Source: Selaginella moellendorffii
Taxonomy: Eukaryota > Plantae > Lycopodiophyta
Assembly: GCF_000143415.4 (NCBI RefSeq)
Contig: NW_003314671.1
Coordinates: 1-7,277 of the forward strand
Direction: 5' to 3'
Length of the DNA stretch: 7,277 bases
The first letter of the stretch is position 1. Each line of letters begins with the position of its first letter. A model generated the notes under the pieces. It did not search any database and was not told the origin of the DNA. It saw only the letters and a program-made list of their open reading frames with translations. Of this stretch, positions 1 to 5,963 are shown one piece after another. The translations under genes were made by a program, and so were the position numbers.

Positions 1-8
1 TGTTTTGT

Positions 9-472
9 TGATGATTATATATATATTTTTTAAAATTAGTAAACAATATTTATATATTTTTTAACTGAAAATTTAGGAATGTCTTTGCCAATTGGATCAT
101 GATGAAATTTAATTTTTTGAATAGGTCTTTATGTTTATATAGCAATCATCCTAGTAATATAGACTAATTGATACTAAATCAAAATTATATATATGTAAAT
201 ATATAATTTATAATATTTTAAAATTATCTAATGTTTTCATTTGTAAATCACTTTATTACTTTAGAGGTTACAGTTCGTAAATTCTATGAAATGGCCATTT
301 TTACTGCCAATGGATTTTTATGATGATTAACATATATTTTTAAAAAACATTATTAAAAAATATTTGTATATTTTTTTAATTTAAAAATCAGAAATTTATT
401 TGCCAATTAGATCTTGATGAAATTTATTTTTTTGCCTAGGTCTTTATGTTTATATAACAATTATCCTGGTAA
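9..472. repeat. Degenerate ~150-bp direct repeat in the flank (9-157 and 321-472)
   Basis: Core 84-157 vs 399-472 matches at 66/74 positions without gaps (offset 315). Weaker AT-rich similarity extends back to TGATGATT at 9 and 321. Confidence 0.82.
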
Positions 473-921
473 AAGTTTATTTAATAGTTAATTTTTTAAT
501 ATTTTTTATTTTGAAATTTGGAATCAAACTAATTTAGTACTTGGTTGTAAAACCTAAAAAAGGGATCATCAACATAGTAATCACACTCTTTTTATATTCA
601 AGATTCTTATAAAATGAAACATTCTTTAATAATTTATTATAATATTAATTTAAGATTTTACTTAGTATAGAACTATGTTAATATGTATTAACTTGATGTA
701 TTATTTTATATGATTATATAAAACTTTAAATGTACATAGTTATAAAAGAATTATTTAGAAACTAATATATATTTAGATTCAAAATATTTTAATATATTAA
801 AATTTAATTTTTTTTTTTTAATATGATTTTCAACTTTTCAAATTTTCAAATATAAAACTTGTAAGGTATTTATATAAGCTATTAATTGGTTTTTAAATTA
901 ATGTTACAATATATAATTTAT

Positions 922-925
922 GATT
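922..925. repeat. Target-site duplication, left copy (GATT)
   Basis: GATT lies immediately before TGTGAG at 926, and the same 4-mer follows the other LTR. A 5-bp TSD does not fit (TGATT vs GATTG). Confidence 0.88.
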
Positions 926-1099
926 TGTGAGTGCATGGAATATGGAAAGGGAATACAGAAATGTGCATATCAATTAACCCAAAAACCCTAGCTTATATAC
1001 AGGAGCGAGTGGTTCGGATTGAAACCAATCCGACGGCTATCAAAATCCACTACGCTAATATTAGTATACGGCATCGTAGCCGTACACTTGGCCCTCACA
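926..1099 (-). repeat. 3' LTR (174 bp)
   Basis: Direct repeat of 5791-5963 with TG...CA ends, preceded on the minus strand by the polypurine tract. Confidence 0.97.
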
Positions 1100-1102
1100 T
1101 CA

Positions 1103-1114
1103 TCCCCTCCTCTC
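1103..1114 (-). promoter_or_regulatory. Polypurine tract (plus-strand primer)
   Basis: Minus strand reads GAGAGGAGGGGA, then TGA, then the 3' LTR (TGTGAGGG...). Confidence 0.92.
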
Positions 1115-1131
1115 GGAATAATGGAAGGCCG

Positions 1132-2553
1132 TCAGGGTTCTCTTGTAGATGGGCCGGGATCTGGAGGAACGTCAGGAGGAGGCATCGGTGGATCTGTAGA
1201 CGGTATTAACTGCTCCTGATCCCTCTGTATGAAGCGTTTTAACCGCTGCACATGCACAATCTCCGGAGGATCAGCCTGCTGAACGTCATGCCGAACCTCA
1301 TAAACTTGTGGTCCAACTTGCCGCAACACCCGATATGGTCCTTTCCACTGCGCAAGGAGCCCCTTAGATAAACCACGTACCGTAAGATGGGGAAAACGGA
1401 CTAACACCAAATCATCCACTTTGTACTCCGCTGGTGGACGATGATGGGAATTGTAGCGCCGTTGTTGTCCCACTTGTACGCGGCCTAAGTGTTCAGCAGA
1501 CTCTGCTCGGACAAGTGGAAGAATGCTTGTCAAATATTGATCCCATGACCTAGCATCAGGAGCTCGTGGCAATCGCGAAGGTAAACCTAGCTCTGTTGGT
1601 AATATTGGATCATGACCATATAGGAGTTTATATGGTGAAGCACCAACAGAACTCTGCACCCCTGTGACATAAGCATACCGAAGAGACGGCAAATAACCAT
1701 CCCAATCCGAATGTTGAAAGTTCACATACTTCGCAATCATCCCTTTGAATGTCCGAACGAGCCGTTCCACCAGACCGTCTGATTGTGGATGATAAGCACT
1801 CGTAAAAGTGTGGCGTATCCCCAACCGAGATGTCAAAACATGAAATACCTCAGCCATAAATGCAGGACCATTATCCGAAAGAATCCGTTCTGGACAAGAA
1901 TGCTGGAACACCACTCGATTGAGGAGGAAGTATCCAACAGTAGTTGCAGAGGCACTAGCAAGAGCACCAACTTCCACCCAACGAGTCAAGTAGTCAGAAG
2001 CAATAATAACATACTCATTGCCAGCAGTCGATCGCGGAAAAGGTCCCATAAGATCAAACGCCACCAACTCAAACGGACGAGAAATTGCAATTGACTCCAA
2101 CTGTCCTTCCGCAGCACAAGGGGGAGTATTACGAGCTTGGCACCAAACGCAGCTACGCACATACCGGATAACATCACGTCGCATCTCTGGCCAATAGAAA
2201 GATCTGCGCAACTTCTCGGTGACACGACGGTGTCCCATATGCCCACCTAGAATAGGAGAATCATGGTAGGCATGGAGAAACTGCGGAATAAACACCGAAG
2301 GCACCACCAGCCGTAAATGAGCATCAGGATCTGTCCCCACAAAATAAAGAAGGCCATCTTCAAGGCGATATTGAGAATGTAAATGCCGAAAAGGCAAGTC
2401 ATCAGCAAGTGATGTAGGATTCTCAAACCCATCTCGAAGCCTTCGAATCCACGGCTCAATCTTTTGAGCCTCGCGAACCTCATCCAGAGAAGGTAGATCT
2501 TGCTCTACGCCCTGTGGACACTGAACGTCAAGGACAGCAACCGCCGACGGCAC
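1132..2553 (-). CDS. pol: pol segment 3: integrase (HHCC zinc domain, DDE core, GPY/F module, Pro-rich tail; no chromodomain)
   Basis: YHDS...GGHMG...FYWP.M...CVWC; PFELVAFDLMGP; DYLTRW; ILSDNG; AYHPQSDGLVER; SPYKLLYG; WKGPYRV...VHVQRLKRF; stop TGA at 1134-1132. Confidence 0.95.
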   Translation of the reverse strand: MPSAVAVLDVQCPQGVEQDLPSLDEVREAQKIEPWIRRLRDGFENPTSLADDLPFRHLHSQYRLEDGLLYFVGTDPDAHLRLVVPSVFIPQFLHAYHDSPILGGHMGHRRVTEKLRRSFYWPEMRRDVIRYVRSCVWCQARNTPPCAAEGQLESIAISRPFELVAFDLMGPFPRSTAGNEYVIIASDYLTRWVEVGALASASATTVGYFLLNRVVFQHSCPERILSDNGPAFMAEVFHVLTSRLGIRHTFTSAYHPQSDGLVERLVRTFKGMIAKYVNFQHSDWDGYLPSLRYAYVTGVQSSVGASPYKLLYGHDPILPTELGLPSRLPRAPDARSWDQYLTSILPLVRAESAEHLGRVQVGQQRRYNSHHRPPAEYKVDDLVLVRFPHLTVRGLSKGLLAQWKGPYRVLRQVGPQVYEVRHDVQQADPPEIVHVQRLKRFIQRDQEQLIPSTDPPMPPPDVPPDPGPSTREP

Positions 2554-3119
2554 AGATCCTCATCTAGAAAATCCACAGATGCTGGAACAACAGGTTCATC
2601 AGAAACATGAGAAGTGAGTGGAGAAGGAAGAGGAGCTCGAGAAAGGGCATCAGCATCAGCCATAGAACTCCCTGGGCGATGAACAACATCGAAATCATAT
2701 ATCTGAAGCTTCAAAGCCCATCGAGCCNNNNNNNNNNNNNNNNNNNNNNNNNNNNNNNNNNNNNNNNNNNNNNNNNNNNNNNNNNNNNNNNNNNNNNNNN
2801 NNNNNNNNNNNNNNNNNNNNNNNNNNNGAGAACCATGTAGATAGGCATGAAGTTTCTCGAAACCCCAGACTGCTGCTAAACACTCCTTCTCCGTCGTGGA
2901 GTAGTTCATCTCCGCTGGTTGTAATGTACGGCTTATGTATGCAATGGGATGGCGCTGACCAGGCACACTCGAGCTCTCTTGCATCAACACACCTCCAAGA
3001 CCAATGTCAGAAGCATCCACGCGCAAAATAAAAGGTCGAGTGTAGTCAGGATATGCCAAAACCGGAGGAGTCGTCAATAGCTCTTTGAGATTCACGAACG
3101 CCCGCTCACAATCGGGAGA
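2505..3119 (-). CDS. pol: pol segment 2: RT connection plus Ty3/Gypsy RNase H (spans the N gap)
   Basis: In frame with segment 1 past the TAG. Motifs PPVLAYPD, VDASDIGLGGVLMQ, PIAYISRTL..AE.NYSTTEKECLAAVW, ARWAL.LQ.YDF...HRPG...ADALSR. Confidence 0.93.
   Translation of the reverse strand, partial: SPDCERAFVNLKELLTTPPVLAYPDYTRPFILRVDASDIGLGGVLMQESSSVPGQRHPIAYISRTLQPAEMNYSTTEKECLAAVWGFEKLHAYLHGSXXXXXXXXXXXXXXXXXXXXXXXXXXXXXXXXXXARWALKLQIYDFDVVHRPGSSMADADALSRAPLPSPLTSHVSDEPVVPASVDFLDEDLCRRRLLSLTFSVHRA
2728..2827. other. Assembly gap (100 N) inside RNase H
   Basis: Exactly 100 N, a typical placeholder length. Confidence 0.99.
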
Positions 3120-4649
3120 CTAGATGAAAGATGACGTTGATGACTTCAACAATGCTCGCAATGGTAAAGTGCGATCGGAAAGATGATCCACAAAACGACC
3201 GAGATACTGCACCTTACCCAAAAAGCGCTGCACATCATTCACACACTTCGGAGTAGGGAACTTTAGAACAGCCACAAGTTTGTCAGGATCAACTTGCAAA
3301 CCCTCACGAGAAATACGGTACCCAAGATAAGTTGTGTCCTTGGACCCAAACACGCACTTCGACCGCTTCAGCTTTAAACCAACGTCGCGTAGCCGATCCA
3401 ATACTTTACAAACATCACGAACATGCTCCTCCCACGTCCCCTCCGAGTGGATTAAGACATCATCAATGAAGTCAGCCGTCACCTCTGGCATATCGCAAAG
3501 AACCTCGTCCATCATTCGCTGAAAAGTTGCTGGAGCATTGTTCAAACCAAACGGCATCACCAAAAACTCGTACAAACCAAATGGTGTACGAAAAGCAGTC
3601 TTAGGAATATCGTCTTCAGCCATCGGTACTTGCCAATACCCAGAAGCAAGATCGAGCTTGGTGAACCAACGACTTCGCCCCAGACGATCCAAGAGATCAG
3701 CAGTGTGAGGAAGAGGGTACACGTCTGGGATCGTCACTTCATTTAACGGACGATAGTCGATGCAGAAACGAATACTCCCATCAGGCTTCGTCACAAGATG
3801 AGGTTCACATGCCCAAGGACTCCGCGACTTCCGAATAACACCCTTCTCCAACATCTCCTTGACGTTTGCACGTAAAATCTTGATCTCCTTGGGTGACCGA
3901 CGACGAACAGGAACCTTGATTGGGCAAGCATCCCCAGTTGGAATGGGATGACGTGTGGCAATCTTGGCCCCAGACGATAGGTCAAATTCAAAGAGATCAG
4001 AATACTCCTTCATGAGCTGATCAACAGCTGCAACACAAAGATCATCAGAGGGATCGGAAAAGGGAAGAGCAGAACAAGATGGAAACACAAGAGGAAATAA
4101 TGGGGGAACAAAAGTAATGGAAGCAGAGGTAGAAGTAGAGGGACGAAGAGGTACAGAAGTGAGAGGAATGGATGAAACATAAGGAAGTATGAGACAAGGG
4201 GGAAAAGCCTCAAAGTCACACTTGGCATGATTGTGCTGCAACCAATCCATACCAAGAATGAGGTCAAAAGCTTGACTCAGCACCACCCGCAACGACTGCA
4301 ACTCAAGCTCGAGATCGCCCACACACACAACCAGGTCCGCCTCATCTCGTGCACATGCATGTGTACGGCCGTTGCCATAAAGAATGAAAACTGGATCCGC
4401 CACACGACGCAAGTGTAGACGACAACGTGTGGCAACAGGTCGAGCAATAGAAGATAAACTCAAACCTGTATCAACCAACACGGAGAGAAGAATAGGAGAC
4501 CTCTTGTTATAAAAACGAGCTTGGAAAGTAAACACTGGATGAACCGGTGCCGAGTGAACCCCTTGATGATACTCCCGAAAGAAAGATGGAGGGGTCACTA
4601 ACTTATTTGCGCAAGGTCCCTCCATTACTCGCGCGACTCCTCGTTTCCC
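3120..4649 (-). CDS. pol: pol segment 1: aspartic protease plus reverse transcriptase
   Basis: Protease VLVDTG (DTG at 4472-4464) and DLILGMDWL. RT motifs SPW, KPDGSIRFCIDYRPLN, YPLP, KLDLASGYWQV, KTAF, MPFGLNNAPATFQRMM, FIDD (3470-3459), YLG. Confidence 0.95.
   Translation of the reverse strand, partial: GKRGVARVMEGPCANKLVTPPSFFREYHQGVHSAPVHPVFTFQARFYNKRSPILLSVLVDTGLSLSSIARPVATRCRLHLRRVADPVFILYGNGRTHACARDEADLVVCVGDLELELQSLRVVLSQAFDLILGMDWLQHNHAKCDFEAFPPCLILPYVSSIPLTSVPLRPSTSTSASITFVPPLFPLVFPSCSALPFSDPSDDLCVAAVDQLMKEYSDLFEFDLSSGAKIATRHPIPTGDACPIKVPVRRRSPKEIKILRANVKEMLEKGVIRKSRSPWACEPHLVTKPDGSIRFCIDYRPLNEVTIPDVYPLPHTADLLDRLGRSRWFTKLDLASGYWQVPMAEDDIPKTAFRTPFGLYEFLVMPFGLNNAPATFQRMMDEVLCDMPEVTADFIDDVLIHSEGTWEEHVRDVCKVLDRLRDVGLKLKRSKCVFGSKDTTYLGYRISREGLQVDPDKLVAVLKFPTPKCVNDVQRFLGKVQYLGRFVDHLSDRTLPLRALLKSSTSSFI
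4586..4649 (-). promoter_or_regulatory. Putative -1 programmed ribosomal frameshift signal (G GGA AAC plus H-type pseudoknot)
   Basis: The heptamer at 4649-4643 is phased X XXY YYZ in the gag frame and pol is in the -1 frame. Stem 1 is GCGCGAG(4634-4628)/CUUGCGC(4615-4609). Stem 2 is AUGGAGGG(4625-4618)/CCCUCCAU(4593-4586). Confidence 0.88.
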
Positions 4650-5557
4650 GAATGCACCTCGGTATCCAAACCTTCCACCGCAACAGCACCAACGGGACGT
4701 TGCTGACGCCAAGGTCTCCACCCAGGAAATGGAGGTCGCCAATCCGGAAAGCGCCGACAATGCCAATAAGTATGACCAACTTCATCACACGCCCAGCAAC
4801 GAATGTCACGGCCACGACCACGTCCTCGCCCTTGTCCTTGGACTCGAGTAGCAGCAGCATCAACCTCCATGGGAACAGGACCATCACTCATAGGAAGTGG
4901 AGCTGAAGGACGTGTAGCAAGAAGTGGAAGAGGCGACGTCTCATAACGTTGTGCCAAGCGAAGAGCATCGTCAAGAGTGGCAGGAGCAAGTGCATGCACA
5001 AGTTCGACAAGATCTTGACGAAGTGCTGGCCACAGCATTCCTAGCTTGATCCGCTCCGACATACTTGGCTCCGCACGAAGCAAAAGACTTCGGAAACGAA
5101 CGCCAAATTGCATCACCGACTCAGATGGCCCTTGGCGAAGACGATGCAATTGTTGGAAGGCATCATCACAATCGTCGGCGTGTCCGAAGGCGCGTTTGAA
5201 GACGTCCGGAAGAACACTCCAATCGCCACGAGTAGCTGCGCTCAATCCATTGTACCACTGCAATGCCATCCCTTGAAGACATGTGGGGAACTCACGCAAA
5301 CGCCGAGCATCATCCCAAGAATGATATGTGGCAATCACCGTGAAGTGATCGAACCAATGGTACACATCATCCCCAGGATTCCCACGAAAGAACTCCGGCC
5401 GAACACGAGGATTGGCACCAAAAGCAGGAGGAGTTGTACCATGTGCCGTGAACGCCGCCATCAACTGAGTTTGGTTGTTCAATTGCAGGCGCATAGCATC
5501 GAGCAATTGAACCAACTGTTGCTCTAGAGTCAAAGGAGGAGATTGCAGATCAGCCAT
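4625..5557 (-). CDS. gag: Gag (capsid plus nucleocapsid), 310 aa, intact
   Basis: ATG-initiated ORF. Capsid-type motifs PEFFRGNPGDDVYHWFDHF and LRQGPSESVMQFGVRF, a PVPMEVD motif, RG repeats, and the zinc knuckle CWACDEVGHTYWHC (CX2CX4HX4C) at 4798-4757. Ends SGNEESRE-TAA. Confidence 0.95.
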   Translation of the reverse strand: MADLQSPPLTLEQQLVQLLDAMRLQLNNQTQLMAAFTAHGTTPPAFGANPRVRPEFFRGNPGDDVYHWFDHFTVIATYHSWDDARRLREFPTCLQGMALQWYNGLSAATRGDWSVLPDVFKRAFGHADDCDDAFQQLHRLRQGPSESVMQFGVRFRSLLLRAEPSMSERIKLGMLWPALRQDLVELVHALAPATLDDALRLAQRYETSPLPLLATRPSAPLPMSDGPVPMEVDAAATRVQGQGRGRGRGRDIRCWACDEVGHTYWHCRRFPDWRPPFPGWRPWRQQRPVGAVAVEGLDTEVHSGNEESRE

Positions 5558-5618
5558 GAAAATGAATGAGAAAGAAAGAGCAAAAGAAGAGAAATGACAA
5601 AAAGCTAGAAAGAAATGG

Positions 5619-5738
5619 TAGATCTAGACAATGCAAAAAGCTAGATCTAAACCAAAATCCTGAAAGGAAAGAACAAAAGAAAGGAAATGGAAAAAGCTAG
5701 ATCTAGACAATGCAAAAGCTAGATCTAAACCGAAATCC
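5619..5738. repeat. Duplicated ~42-bp leader motif with four TAGATCTA palindromes
   Basis: 5619-5660 and 5698-5738 differ by one indel and one substitution. TAGATCTA occurs at 5619, 5642, 5698 and 5720. Confidence 0.88.
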
Positions 5739-5771
5739 CAAATCTAAGCACTCCCCAGGGACAATCAAAGG

Positions 5772-5789
5772 TGCCCCTCAACTCCACCA
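5772..5789 (-). promoter_or_regulatory. Primer-binding site, probably complementary to tRNA-Ala
   Basis: Minus strand reads TGGTGGAGTTGAGGGGCA, 1 nt after the 5' LTR. The implied tRNA 3' end UGCCCCUCAACUCC-A-CCA has discriminator A73 and U70, as expected for tRNA-Ala (G3:U70). The tRNA identity is inferred, not matched to a database. Confidence 0.85.
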
Positions 5790-5790
5790 A

Positions 5791-5963
5791 TGTGAGTGCA
5801 TGGAATATGGAAAGGGAATACAGAAATATGCATATCAATTAACCCAAAAACCTAGCTTATATACAAGAGCGAGTGGTTCGGATTGAAACCAATCCGACGG
5901 CTATCAAAATCCACTACGCTAATATTAGTATACGGCATCGTAGCCGTACACTTGGCCCTCACA
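5791..5963 (-). repeat. 5' LTR (173 bp)
   Basis: Matches 926-1099 except for two substitutions (5828 A vs 963 G; 5866 A vs 1002 G) and one missing C (aaaaaCCta vs aaaaaCCCta). Terminal inverted repeat TGTGAGTGC / GCCCTCACA (8 of 9 match). Followed on the minus strand by the PBS. Confidence 0.97.
5857..5863 (-). promoter_or_regulatory. Candidate TATA box in the 5' LTR (TATATAA)
   Basis: TATATAAG on the sense strand about 100 nt into the LTR, with an identical copy in the 3' LTR (993-999). The position is compatible with a U3 promoter. Confidence 0.6.

Larger units (their letters stand above)
1132..4649 (-). pseudogene. pol: pol polyprotein (PR-RT-RNase H-IN), disrupted by one nonsense codon and one frame break
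   Basis: Three ORF-track pieces (3120-4766, 2505-3095, 1132-2553) carry consecutive Pol domains. There is an in-frame TAG at 3122-3120 and a frame change between 2559 and 2507. The true start is most likely the slippery site at 4649-4643 rather than the ORF-track start at 4766. Confidence 0.92.
926..5963 (-). mobile_element. Full-length Ty3/Gypsy LTR retrotransposon lacking a chromodomain, pol disrupted
   Basis: Bounded by 174/173-bp direct repeats starting TGTGAG and ending CTCACA, flanked by a GATT duplication. Internal order on the minus strand is PBS-gag-PR-RT-RNaseH-IN-PPT; integrase after RT/RH is the Gypsy order. The interior is visibly more GC-rich than the AT-rich flanks. Confidence 0.98.

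Noticed and set aside
480-921. AT-rich stretch with TATA-like and poly-T runs
   Set aside because: Such motifs are expected by chance at this AT content, and no defined repeat or terminus was seen.
931-1219. Plus-strand ORFs of 92 and 66 aa over the 3' LTR
   Set aside because: They have non-ATG starts, span the LTR/PPT and the antisense of the integrase tail, and show no recognisable motifs.
2560-2580. GGATTTTC as a second programmed slippery site before integrase
   Set aside because: It is not X XXY YYZ in the RNase H frame, and the -1 frame hits TGA at 2562-2560 immediately afterwards.
3459-3470. FIDD instead of YxDD in RT
   Set aside because: F-x-DD is a common functional variant in Ty3/Gypsy RTs, so it is neither a lesion nor a novelty.
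4650-4766. ORF-track N-terminus of the 548-aa pol ORF (MALSALSG...)
   Set aside because: It starts at a non-ATG codon overlapping the gag 3' end and has no domain-like content. The -1 slip site at 4649-4643 explains pol entry.
4547-5527. Antisense ORFs of 119, 76 and 139 aa opposite gag
   Set aside because: These are shadow ORFs expected opposite a GC-rich coding region, with no motif support.
5619-5738. Palindromic leader repeats as a CRISPR-like array
   Set aside because: There are only two units, no unique spacer series and no cas genes, and the context is a eukaryotic retrotransposon.
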